In this document: positions 12,503 through 25,100 of the stretch, one piece after another
Layout of the letters: each line of letters opens with the position of its first letter
How positions within the stretch are numbered: position 1 is the first letter of the stretch
NCBI GenBank assembly: GCA_951406725.2
Contig: OX597816.1
Span: forward strand, 37,758,001-37,822,000
Origin: Octopus vulgaris
Lineage: Eukaryota
Direction: 5' to 3'
Length of the DNA: 64,000 bases
Notes under the pieces: generated by a model
Told to the model about the DNA's origin: nothing
Databases searched by the model: none
The model's input: only the letters and a program-made list of their open reading frames with translations
Program-made: the position numbers and the translations under genes

Positions 12503-13391
12503 TACACACACACATACGAATAAGGGCACTCAACACATTTCGTAGGAGTTATGAGTATTATTTTAATACATCAGTTTAATTCGGTTACGTGAGAAAGTTT
12601 TGCAGGCCTTTAAGAGAAATTCGAATTCGGAAATCTAAAGCCTGAAGAAGACGAGCTTTTCTGTTAGAGGTCGACGATAGTAAAATAAATAAAATCTTCA
12701 GACACATTCAGGTATGCAAAATTATAAAATCTCCTCCTCCTTTGCCCATGTTATCACAGAGAAACTGGTTTTTTTTTTGGTATTATTTTCGTAAATCTTT
12801 ATATATAAAAGTGAAGTTGTGTGTCTGTCTCCTACGATTTAGATTCCTAACTACTCCCACATTTTTTCTCTTATAAGAGAAAAAAATCTATCAGAAAGGA
12901 ACTCTATCTCGCTTAAAAAATATCTTTTGATAAGCATAACAAATGCGCAACCGGTAAAAAGAACTTTCACCTAATTAAATACACTCTCCCTTACTTAAAT
13001 TATTTTGTCAGCATTTTCTTCATTTCCTTTTTTATATATATATATATATATGCACACGCACACACATACATACTTGCTAGCTCGCTAGCAGATTCAATTT
13101 CCCATTAGAAAATGAAATGTAAGGGAGAATACTCCCGACTTGAAAGTTAACTCCTTTAATTAAAAACGTGAAAGCCTGTTTACTAAATGCAAATATACAA
13201 TCTCGATGATTCACTAATTAAAGTATATTAAATCACAAAAAAAATTCATCAACAACCAAATTAAAAGGAACGAACCCTCCAGCACTTACAGCATAAATAA
13301 AACACTGGATAATAGTTGTGGTCACCGAAAGATATCTCAATAGTTAAGAAAATACCTCAGTAGAAACAACCGCTCCATTGTTTATACTGAA

Positions 13392-13735
13392 CTAGCAGTA
13401 TCACCCGGCGTTGCTTGGGTTTGTAAGGGAAATAACTATATAAGCATTTTTAGAGATGTAAAGTATAATAGCCATCTCAATATGGCTAACCACAATGGGG
13501 GGGGAGTACTGTAGCTTTTTACATTGAGATTTAATAATACATTTTTAGAGAGTTACTTCCCTTATATAAACCGAGCGAAAATGCATTAAAAATACGGAAA
13601 AATTATGGTAATTTTTTTTTAATCGTAGACTCATCGTAGACGCGCGCTAATACCCAGAAGGGCTCGATATGAATCACGACTATAAGATACCCGCTTTTGG
13701 TTAAACTGCACCGCAAAATGTGGGAGTAGTTAGGA
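13392..13735 (-). mobile_element. Helitron 3' portion (its 5' end lies inverted at 12796-12864)
   Basis: Collinear with 57787-58182. Confidence 0.8.
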
Positions 13736-14000
13736 AATAATTTAAGTAAGGGAGAGTGTATTTAATTAGGTGAAAGTTCTTTTTACCGGTTGCGCATTTG
13801 TTATGCTTATCAAAAGATATTTTTTAAGAGAGATAGAGTTCCTTTCTGATAGATTTTTTTCTCTTATAAGAGAAAAAAAATCTATCAGAAAGGAACTCTA
13901 TCTCTCTTAAAAAAATATCTTTTGATAAGCATAACAAATGCGCAACCGGTAAAAAGAACTTTCACCTAATTAAATACACTCTCCCTTACTTAAATTATTT
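13736..14000. repeat. Spacer-less palindrome (about 130-bp arms) whose right arm is also a direct repeat of 12863-13033
   Basis: Centre CTCTTATAAGAG at 13861-13872. Confidence 0.9.
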
Positions 14001-14063
14001 TGTCAGCATTTTCTTCATTTCCTTTTCTTATATATCACAACTCGTGTTCCACATCTCCTTTTT

Positions 14064-14097
<34 letters not shown>

Positions 14098-14100
<3 letters not shown>

Positions 14101-14474
14101 TCTTTTACTTGTTTCAGTCATTTGACTGTGGCCATACTGGAGCACCGCCTTTAGTCGAGCAAATCGACCCCAGGACTTATTCTTTGTAAGCCTAGTACTT
14201 ATTCTATAGGTCTCTTTTACCGAACCGCTAAGTTACGGTGACGTAAACACACCAGCATCGGTTGTCAAGCGATGTGGGGCAGGGGACAAACACACACACA
14301 TACATATATACATATATACGACGGGCTTCTTTCAGTTTCCGTCTACCAAAATAGACGGTTTTGGTTGGCCCAAAGCTATAGTAGAAGAACACTTGCCCAA
14401 GGTGCCACGCAGTGGGACTGAACCCGGAACCATGTGGTTGATGAGCAAGCTACTTACCACACAGCCACTCCTGC
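14098..14474 (-). mobile_element. SINE family A
   Basis: Near full-length copy. Confidence 0.88.
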
Positions 14475-14589
14475 ATGTATCTATCAATTTTTCGCTTTGT
14501 GTGTGTGTGTGTGTGAGTATGTGTGTATGTATGTATGTAAGTCAGACCTGCTTTTCATTGTGCTGACACAGAGACAAGCGGTTGTGTAC

Positions 14590-16610
14590 TTTGTGCAAAA
14601 GGTAAGACGGAAAAGATCGTTAACAGGCCAGAAATAGCAGTATAATTCTTCTGGTAGGTGTAATAGTGATAGAAAAGATGGGTAGGTATACTGTTAGCTG
14701 AGAAATAGCTAGAAAAAGTAATTGATGTAGGAATATTGAGACTGTCGGCCACTCAAGAGCAACATTTATCTCAGCATGTGTCCCAGAGTCAGGACTGTCA
14801 GAACATCTATGAGGCCCCTCTACAGATTCTCTCAGTAGGAACTTCAGCAGAAATGTTGGGCAACATGATGATAGTTTACATGACATATTTGGGGGTTGTG
14901 GATATGGTTCAAGAAATGATGAGAGTGTAAGGCTCCTGGAGTTCTGTGATACACCTGATCTAACAATTTGTAACATGCACTTTATGAAACTAGCCAACCA
15001 TCTCATCACCTCCCAATTTAGCAAACACACAAGCCAGCTAGATTACATTTTCCCCAGAAAATAAGATTGAAGTGATATTGTAGATAACAAAACCTTTCCT
15101 GGTGAAGAATGCACTACACACCATAGATTAGTGACTAGTGACTTCCGAGTAAGAGCTAGGTAGGCACAGACACAAGACAGTATGGAGAAGGAAGATATGT
15201 AGACTAAAGGATCCTTCAATTGGGAAATGATTTAGAGAAATTCTAATTGATGTATATGACTGTAGGGAGAAAGATCTAGATACCCACAGTATCAATGATA
15301 ACTGGGCATTTCTATGAAATAAACTGCCTTGGGCTACAGATCAGACATGCAGCTAGAGTGAGCCAAGGGCGATGGAATGATATAGTTGATAAGGCAGTAA
15401 AAGCTAAGAGATAGGCTTGGAAAACCTGAAAGGAAGCTGGTAGTAGAAAGCATTATCAAATGGCTAGAACAAAGAAGACAGGTATATATGGCTATGGGTG
15501 AAGCTAGATGACAGTTGTATTTGGCTACAGAAGATATGCATATATCCTACAATGTTATCATCATCATCATCATCGTTTAGCATCCACTTTCCATGCTGGC
15601 ATGGGTTGGACGGTGCAACTGGGGTCTGGGAAGACTGAAGGCTGCACCAGGCCCAGTCTGACCTGGCAATGTTTCTACGGCTGGATGCCCTTCCTAACGC
15701 CAACCACTCCATGAGTGTAGTGGGTGCTTTTTACGTGCCACCGGTACAGGTACCAGACGAGGCTGGCAAACGGCCACGATTGGATGGTGCTGTTTATGTG
15801 CCACCAGCATGGAGGCCAGGCGAGGCTGGCAATGGCCACGATCGGATGGTGCTTTTTACGTGCCACCGGCACGGAAGCCAGTCGGGGCGGCGCTGGCAAT
15901 GCCCACGCTCGGATGATTCTCTTATGTGCCACCGGCACTGGTATCACAGCTACAATTTCCATTGATGTTGATCGATTTTGATTTTGATTTTGATTTTCAC
16001 TTGCCTCAACAGGTCTTCACAAGTAGAGTTTTGTGTCCCAAGAAGGAAAGGTATGCATAAGTGAACTGAGGCCATGGGTTATGGTCTCACTTGTCCTGCC
16101 GGGTCTTCTCACGCACAGCATACTTCCAAATGTGAAGGCAGGAAAATTTTTCAGAGTTTTGGGACAGTGTGAAAGAGAACTGAGATGTCAGTAATGAGAA
16201 GAGTATTCAGAATGATGAAAACATACTTGCCATAGATATTGAAAACAAGAAACAGATGTGGAAGTGCTATTATGAAAGGATGCTGAATGTGAAGAATGAT
16301 GTATGGGACAAGGAGGGGCTACTTCATGCTGATCCTACAGAAAAGGACTAGCAATTCTAGTGGACAGCAGCTTGGTATATAAAGCAATTAAGGACATGAA
16401 GAGAAGGAAAGCTACGTCCATCAAGGATAGCTGCAAAGGTGCTCAAAATATCTGGTGAGGTAGGGTACATGATCACCACCCATACAGTTAATAAAGTTAT
16501 ACAAGAAGATGTCATACCTAACGACTGGCATAACAGCATCATCATAAACTGCAGCAAAAGCAAAGAAGATGCTTTAGAGAGAAGTAACTATAGAGGAATT
16601 AAATATTAGC
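14590..16610 (+). mobile_element. Old RTE LINE relic interrupted by a younger RTE 3' end (15556-16130)
   Basis: Degenerate endonuclease and RT-start motifs homologous to 5130-6690. Confidence 0.75.
15556..16130 (-). mobile_element. RTE 3' end (ORF terminus, UTR minisatellite and tail)
   Basis: Collinear with 35810-36525. Confidence 0.9.
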
Positions 16611-17368
16611 AGCCTTTTGCAGAGTCCACTCTGCTACAAGCATTTGGCTCAGATCTCTGGTTTGAGGATACTTCTTTCTTAAGCATCCCAAGAGGCTTAT
16701 GAGCATTGCTTTTCTTCCTAAGAGATAAGAAAAAAAGACAGCAAAGACTAACAATTCAGCTGAAAGTCATTAGATATAGTACAGCTCCTGGTATAAATGT
16801 AAAGGAGTAGAAGAAAACAAAATATGAAGTTTATTAACCCTTTAGCATTTAAACTGGCCAGATCCAGCCTCTCACACCTACCCTACAATGTCATTCAAAA
16901 AATAAACAATCACATCTTCAAAATCTTGAAGCTACAAGATACCACATGATTAATTTTAAAAGATGTGGATAAATAAACATTACATTTGATTAAATTAATC
17001 TGAATGTTCAAGAGTGAAACAAAAAAAAATATTTGGTTAGAAAGGAATTGATGATCAAATATTCAAATACTGTAGGATTAAGGTTATTATTTTAATAAAA
17101 TTGTTAGCATTAAAATGTTACCAGCATAGAAAAGTGCTTTTAATGTTTATCTATGAACATCCTGATTCTATCTTCTAATTTTACTGTTTTTCAGTATGGT
17201 GTGAAGATCAAGATACTCTGCACCTGAAATTTAATTGGCACTTTGTTCAGTGTTTGATGGTTTTATTTCTTTCTGTTCAACTCCTCCTATTAAAGTTGCT
17301 ATTGTTTTGTGGATAAAATAAAACTCAAATAAATGAAATCTAAAATTAACAAGAACCAGAAATAGATA

Positions 17369-17645
17369 ATGCTAGCATGGGTTGGACGGTTCAACTGGGG
17401 TCTGTGAAGCCAGAAGGCTGCATCAGGCTCAGTCTAATCTGGCAGTGTTTCTACAGCTGGATGCCCTTCCTAACGCCAACCACTACACTTGCGGAGTGGT
17501 TGGCGTTAGGAAGGGCATCCAGCCGTAGAAACACTGCCAGATCAGACTGGGCCTGATGCAGCCTTCTGGCTTCACAGACCCCAGTTGAACCATCCAACCC
17601 ATGCTAGCATGGAAAGCGGACGCTAAATGATGATGATGATGATGT
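17369..17645 (+). mobile_element. RTE tail with inverted 5' duplication (fold-back)
   Basis: 17369-17484 is the reverse complement of 17495-17610, followed by the (GAT)n tail. Confidence 0.9.
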
Positions 17646-17939
17646 GCTGGCAGAATTGTTACTGTACTGGAAAAAAAATGTTTAGCAGCATTTCTTCCGG
17701 TTTTATATTCTGAGTTCAAATTCTGCTGGGCTTGACTTAGCACACCAGGCAAGATACTTAGTGGCATTTTGTTCATCTTTACATTCTGAATTCAAATTCC
17801 AGTTCGCCAAGGTTGACTCCGCCTTTCATCCTTTAGGTGTCAATACGATAAGTACCAGTGAAACACAGAAACTAATGTAATTGACCCGCCTAGTTCCTCA
17901 AACTTGCTGGCCTTGTATAAAAATTTGAAATCATCATCA

Positions 17940-18290
17940 TAATCATCTTGACCCCCTTCGGTCAGACACTGACCATGGGTTTGCACCTAGAGAGTTACCC
18001 TCTGAGGCACAAGTCTGGGCAAGGTTGTTTTTTTTTTTTTTTATGGAAGACCAGCAGTTGCCCATGCATACCGGTCTCCCCTCTCCACGTCACCGATGTT
18101 GTCCAAGGGAAAGGCAAGGGCCGATACAGCTTGGCACCTGTGACGTCGCAACTCATTTCTACAGCTGAGTGAACTGGAGCAACGTGAAATAAGGTGTCTT
18201 GCTCAAGAACACAACACGCAGCCCGGTCCGGGATTCGAGCTCACAACCTCACGATCGTAAGCTCGACGCTCTAACCACTGAGCCACGTGT
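17940..18290 (-). mobile_element. tRNA-derived SINE family D
   Basis: Head gtggctcagtggttagagcg...ggttgtgagctcgaatccc and core gtgttcttgagcaagacac...ttgctccagttcactcagctg. Related copies at about 32940-33265 (-), 40196-40322 (+), 46794-47050 (-) and 57091-57335 (+). Confidence 0.8.
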
Positions 18291-19087
18291 AGCAGCATTA
18301 TCATTATTGAAAACAAAACATACAAATTTTTTAATAAATGAGTTTCGAACATTAGGTTCACTGAAAAAATAAAATCTTCAACATTCTCCAGCAAAAAAAA
18401 AAAAAAAAAATCAAGAATCCAATCAAATTAATTAATTTCAAGAATATTTAATTATTTATTCATTGATAATTGTTTAGTTTCAATTTGAATGTTAAAAAAA
18501 TTTTTTAATGTATGTTTGTGAATGGGAGGAAGATTGGAAGCTGGGACTGGGGGAGAGCAAGCATAAGAAGAATTCAGTTTATCACTTGGGTAGAGTTAAT
18601 TCCCTTCATAAGGGGACATCATGTAAGCCAAAGTCTTGCTGTTTTATCTCACAGATTAGTCAAAATGAATTATTTAACTTTCTCTATAATCCAGAAGTGA
18701 TGATATTTTTACATCTTGGCAGGAAGGAGAAGAAAAAATAACACAATCTCTTTTTTTTTTGTTTGTTTGGAAAAGAAAAATTTAAAGCATGAGGTTGAGT
18801 GAAGTAATGACATTGATCCATTTTGTGAGAAACATGAAATATATTAAAGTTTTATATCATAAACTTTGTCTCTCCAATTTTGTAACAGTATTGGTAAAAT
18901 TATTATTATCATTATATATATATATATATATATATATATGAGCTGTAAAAAATACAAATTAAAAAAGAATATGATCTTTTAGATATTATGATCTTGTGAT
19001 CCAGTGCTTGAGAACTAAAGATGAGTTCAATGATGGTATACTTCCAGATAAATTAGAGTCACTTTCTTGGGTATATTACAAGCAATT

Positions 19088-19195
19088 TCACACCTTATAT
19101 TGTCTGAGCTGCTCAACATGATGTCGTAGATGTTTTAAATAATCTAGCTGCATGCCACCCAGTGCTGAATCAACTAATTTCTGGGGTAGCATACC
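19088..19195 (-). CDS. STARD3: STARD3 terminal coding exon (GMLPQKLVDSALGGMQLDYLKHLRHHVEQLRQYKV*)
   Basis: ttgcAG acceptor; G.LP...D C-terminal START helix; TGA at 19090-19088. Confidence 0.92.
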   Translation of the reverse strand, partial: GMLPQKLVDSALGGMQLDYLKHLRHHVEQLRQYKV

Positions 19196-22100
19196 CTGCA
19201 ACAGATTGTAAAATAAAATGTTAATTTGAGAAATTAACAAGAAAAAATTTTAAAAACTGACAGCAGGAAAATAAACACACACACTGACACACACACACAT
19301 TGAAGCAGTGAGTTAATTAAGGAAATCTCAAATGAAAAGATGCCCAGAAAATTGGGTAAAAATACTCCTAAAGATGGAAAAAAGTGACCAGTAGCTGCTA
19401 CAGAGAATCAAACTCTGTACCTCTCAAATTCTGGCTGAGTGCTCAGTAGCATCCAGCTAAACAACCCCTCACAAAAGAGACCATTTTTTTTTTTATAACA
19501 CTAAGTAATAACATTTGGAAAGTGAGAACATTTTTGTAAACAAACATTGAGATGTCGAATGAGTTGGTATTTTTTAGAGATTACGGAAATTTCAAATGTG
19601 CATGCACACACACACACACACACATGTATGCATGCATGCACTCACACACACAAGCATGTGAGCATGCACACACACACACACACACACACAAAACATACAC
19701 TTGTTACACATTAATTATTCCTCTTAATCTGCATTCATGGTCATCCTTCACATCCAAAATTAGTATCCCATGTGGCTATTATCAATGTTGGACAACATTC
19801 TCTTACATTAACTTATGGTTTCACTACTTCAGCTGTATTTTAAAACAGATTTATTTTCATTTTATCCAGCAAATGTTACAATCCCTATCAGGAGCCTGCT
19901 CCTAGACTATGCTCATATCTACCAGGCTCCTCTCCAAGGTGCTCAATCAGGTCTTGACAAGCTGGCCAAGTCAAGGATGCATTGCCAGGGGAAATTTTAC
20001 CCGTTAATATAAACTGAATGGTTCCCATTCCCTTGAATATTATGGATATTTACATTTTATTGGATTAGATGTTATGCTGAATACTCTTCCTTCGGCCATC
20101 AGTTCATACTAACCAAACATGTAGGATGATGAATGCCAGTACATATTAAATGAGAAAAAGGTTACTCACAAACTGTTACAAATAGTAGCCCATTGTCAAA
20201 ATTATGTATTTTCTTTGTCCCTTTTGTCATACACTCTATCAAACACGGCTCCCTTACTCTACGGTAACACACCAATCAAGTTGTATACTAAACACATTTT
20301 ATAGTCTTCCTGCATCACAACAGTACAACTCAAAATTTTTATTTTATTCATGCTTTCACCTTACAATTACCAATTTGTAGTAAGCTAAACACTAGGTCAT
20401 ATCCACTTACATCTAATATTGACCACTCTACAGAAACAAATAACAATTAGAAAGCAGGAAGTAGAATAATGGAGTTTAAAAGTACGCCGAGCAAATATAA
20501 AAGTTTTAGCAGAAAAGAATTCAAAGCTCAACTGCTATCTGGAAGGTTGCCATTGCCATGTTCCAAAGTTCTATTGTGAATGTGAATGACCGAGTGGTTA
20601 GAGTGTTGCACACACAATTGCAAAATCATGGCTTCAATTCGCTTTCCATGCTAGCATGGGTTGGACGATTTGACTGAGGTCTGGCAAACCAGATGGCTGC
20701 ACCAGGCTCCACTCTGCCAGATCAGATTGGAACCTAGTGCAGCCATCTGGTTCATCAGACCTCAGTCAAATCGTCCAACCCATGCTAGCATGGAAAGCGA
20801 ATGTTAAACGATGATGATGATGATGATGATGAATTCCTGGACTGGGCAGTGCATTGTGTTCTTCAGTGAAATATGTCATGTTACATTGCTCCAGCCCCAC
20901 TCAATTGTAAATAATAATAATAATGAAATTATTGTATACGGTGCTCAGGTGCACCACAACTTGTCAGGGTATATGCAGTAATGTACAAATGCCTGGAAAG
21001 CGAACAATGCATGAGTCAGATACATGCTTGTGTGTGTATGGAGGGGAGAAAATCAGGTGTAGTGTTGGCGAATCTCAGAAAGCATGGAAGTTTTGAAGGA
21101 TGCAGTGCTCCGACAACTAACAACTGATGCCGGCAGTTTGAGTAGCCCTACAACAGACTAGCATCCCTGTCAGGAGAAATGTTATGATCTTGGTCATTTA
21201 CATGCCATGGAAGCTAGGTAACTGGCCCTTTGAGCCCTAGTGCACAATCAGGACTTCATGATAATGATGATAATTCTACATGGTGTACTCATTGTAAGCT
21301 ATGGGTGCACAAGTGATGAAGTGAGACTCCAAGCAAGTTGACAGGAAAGAAAGAATTCATATGGAACAGATGCACAAGAATAGTTAGCAGTAAGAGAATC
21401 CATGAAATAAATTCTCTCAAATACCTGCGATGTTGGCTTAGAAGTAGATGACAAGTTTTGGTTATTAAGGTGACCTAATTAGCAGAAGGTGAGTGTTCTG
21501 TAAAGATTGTAGACAGAGGAAGAATGGTATGTAAAAAGCCCAAAAGCTAATTTCCCAGAGTGAAGTGTACAGATTGTGTGATGCTTGTGTATGGAGTGTG
21601 GCATTGCATAACACCAAACAAAGGCACTGAATACAGAATGCATGTAAAATCTGGAAAGATATGAAACAAGTATGCTCCACTGGATGTGTAATATTATTGT
21701 GAGGAGACCCATTGAGTCAAGTACACCAACATCAAAAATCAATGGAAACTGCAGTTGTGATCCCTGTGCCGGTGGCACATAAAAAGCACCATCCGACCGT
21801 GGTCAATGCCAGCGCCGCCTAGACTGGCTTCCGTGCCGCTGGCACGTAAAAAGCACCAATCCGATCATGGCCGTTGCCAGCCTCACCTGGCACCTGTGCT
21901 GGTGGCACGTAAAAAGCACCCACTACAATCACGGAGTGGTTGGCGTTAGGAAGGGCATCCAGCTGTAGAAACACTGCCAGATCAGACTGGTGCCTGGTGC
22001 AGCCTTCTGGCTTCCCAGATCCCCGGTCGAACCGTCCAACCCATGCTAGCATGGAAAACAGACGTTAAACGATGATAATGATGATGAGTACAAATGAATT

Positions 22101-25100
22101 GAGAGAAAAACTGGGTACAAAAGGAATCAGTTGTGATGTACAAGAGAGAAGACAACAATAGTACATGCATGTGATGAATGTGATGGAGTAAATAAGTGCC
22201 AAGCTATCTAAAAGGAAGGAACCTGTGGAAGAGGAAGACTAACAAAAACATGGGAAGAAATAGTGAACGCTAAATCCTACAAAAATGATAAGGGGGCCCA
22301 AAATGTAGTGGGATATTTTAGTACAGAAAATACTTCTAATACATGTGAGCATAGAAAAATGAATGAAGATGAATGACAGCAGCAGTTTTGCAGTTCAATG
22401 ATAAATCATTATGTCTCAAATGTTTGAAAAACAATCATATTTTGAAAGCTAAAAACTGTGGATTGATACCTGGTGGTATTTACTCTTTTACTTGTTTCAG
22501 TCATTTGACTGTGGCCATGCTGGAGCACCGCCTTTAGTCGAGCAAATCGACCCCAGGACTTATTCTTTGTAAGCCTAGTACTTATCACATCGGTCTATTT
22601 TTGCCGAACCGCTAAGTTACGGGAATGTAAACACACCAGCATCGGTTGTCAAGCGATGTTGGGGGGACAAACACAGACACACAAACACGGGCTTCTTTCA
22701 GTTTCCATCAACCAAATCCACTCACAAGGCTTTGGTTGGCCCGAGGCTATAGTAGAAGACACATGCCCAAGGTGCCATGCAGTGGGACTGAACCCGGAAC
22801 CATGTGGTTGGTAAGCAAGCTACTTACCACACAGCCAAACCTGTGCCTATTTGGCCAAGGGGACTAAATGTTATGGACTTATATTACTTTGCATACAGAA
22901 GTAATAAAATCTTACCTTTAAATTTGTATTGCAAAACCAGTAAAATTTACATTTATTAGGTTCTGTAGAGAGTGGTTCAACTAAGTAACCACCAGCACCA
23001 TTTTCACCTCTGAAATATAAAGAAGTTAATATTGTCAACACAGATAAACAAAAATAAGAGAGATGTTGTTTCTGAAATAATATGGTATTATTGTAATGAA
23101 TCTATAAAATATCAGTAATTACTATCACTGTCTTATCTCCCAACTCCTACTTTATACTAAACCAATTTTCACTAGGCTTTCTGTCTCAGAACTGCATGAT
23201 TTTGGAATTTCTGTTGTTCTCTTTCAACTATTGATCTCAGAATAGATTAACTTAAAATATTAATTATACAACCACTGTTAAGAACCTAGCATTGTAACAA
23301 AAGTTTCTGAACCAGCACAGATAGACATGCCTTTTTCCCCGTCACCAATGTGAACTAGTCCATATTTAACCTGATTGAGCTAGTTCACATGCAATCAATG
23401 AACTTATCTGAAGATGTATTAAAGTGAAAGTAAAAATGATTTTTTTTTTAGTCTTTTCTCCATGGGATGTCATTCTTGCATAGTCTCGTGTCTATGTTTA
23501 TTTTTACAAAACAAGTATTTTTCCAGTGTCTAAGCATTGTTCTCACTACTGTCTAGTGGAATTATTCAGCTACTTCCAACTATAGCTAAGATATTTGGAG
23601 GAATTATTTGTTTCTCTAGTTATTTATTTGGTTCTCTCTATCTAGTAACTGCAAGGTCGGAAAAGTAGTAATGAGGAAGAAATGAAAAAAAGAATCATCT
23701 TATTTATGGTCTCAAAAATTTGTCTTATGAAGAAAGACTGAGGACGCTCGACCTTTATTCTCTAGAAAAACGCCGCCACCGTGGTGATCTCATTCTCGCT
23801 CACAACATCATAAGCGGAAAGTGTAACCTCTCGAAAGAGCTGTTCTTCACTCCTGTTCCAGAGCATCGGCTGCGGGGTCATTCCGAAAAGCTATACCTGC
23901 GACGATTTCATCTCAATCGAAGGAGAGGAGCTTTCTCCGTCCGGATTGCGGATCCGTGGAACAAGCTGCCAGACGAGATGGTGAAGATGCCGACAACCGC
24001 TTTGTTCAAAGTCTCCCTTGACCTCAAGTGGCCTGAACTCTTTACATGAACACCACCCTGTACTTAATTCCATGTCCCCCTACATGGCCTTGCTATTTGC
24101 TTTTGAGCCAAATTAACTAACTAACTAACTAACAAACTATTTATTCACTTTAATAATCAGATATTAACTTAAGGGCACAACTGCTAACTCAGCAGTTCTC
24201 AACATTTTCACTACTATCATGGACTCACAAAGTTTTACTCATCCAATGCTCTTCTGCAGCTAAACAATAACCTGGTAAAAAATAAAATTAGTATTCTCTG
24301 CAAGTTTTTTGTTGCCTCAATAAACTTGACATATCTCAACGAAAAATAGTTTCAAACACAATGTTCCTCAACAAAATATATATTTGTATATAAAAATTGC
24401 TTTCTGCAGTTAAAGGTAAAGACATTTTAAATGAATATATCTGATTTCTGCAGCAAAAAGGTTAACTTTTTAAGTCATTTGACTTATTCCCCTTGTAAAT
24501 CTTTATATTTAGTAAATCTTTACATTTATATTTGGTAGATTGATTGACTGTCTTCCATCAAAATGTAGCAAGTAATCTTGATTTCATTCAAGAGAGCACA
24601 TTTACAGTTAGAGTAACTGTATTTTCTATTTCCAAAACTGATAATTCCTAAATTCATTGAGGATATTTTGATATTTGTTTCAAAATTGTTACCAGTCAAA
24701 ATTAAATAGTAATTTATTACACATTAGATAAAAGTATCAGAGATATGGTTTCATAGCACTAATAAACTAGAAAAAAAGATTTAATATGCTTTAGGATAAT
24801 TTTAATTTGTTTTGTGACTATTTTAATTTGCTTGAAGATTATGTTGTTTTGTAATGTGGTTTGGAATCGTTTTAATTTGCTTCAAGATTATTTTAATTTG
24901 TTTCGGAATTATTTGAATCTTCATTAATTTGCACTTGTAAAAGTGTAAATAAAAAAAAAAACATTTTTTTGACAATCAAATTTTCTTTTTGACAACCACT
25001 TTTGACGAAAAGTGACTACATACCTGACACATTTATCAACTGGAGGTATATTGGGAAATTTCACGCTCATTCCAGTTGAAAAATATAACCCCTTTCGTTT

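Noticed and set aside
15464-15981. ORFs such as FLRLDALPNANHS... and WQCFYGWMPFLTPTTP repeated across the window
   Set aside because: These are translations of the RTE 3' UTR tail.
18215-18290. tRNA gene
   Set aside because: A tRNA-like SINE head continuing into SINE core sequence, with no proper acceptor stem or T-run terminator.
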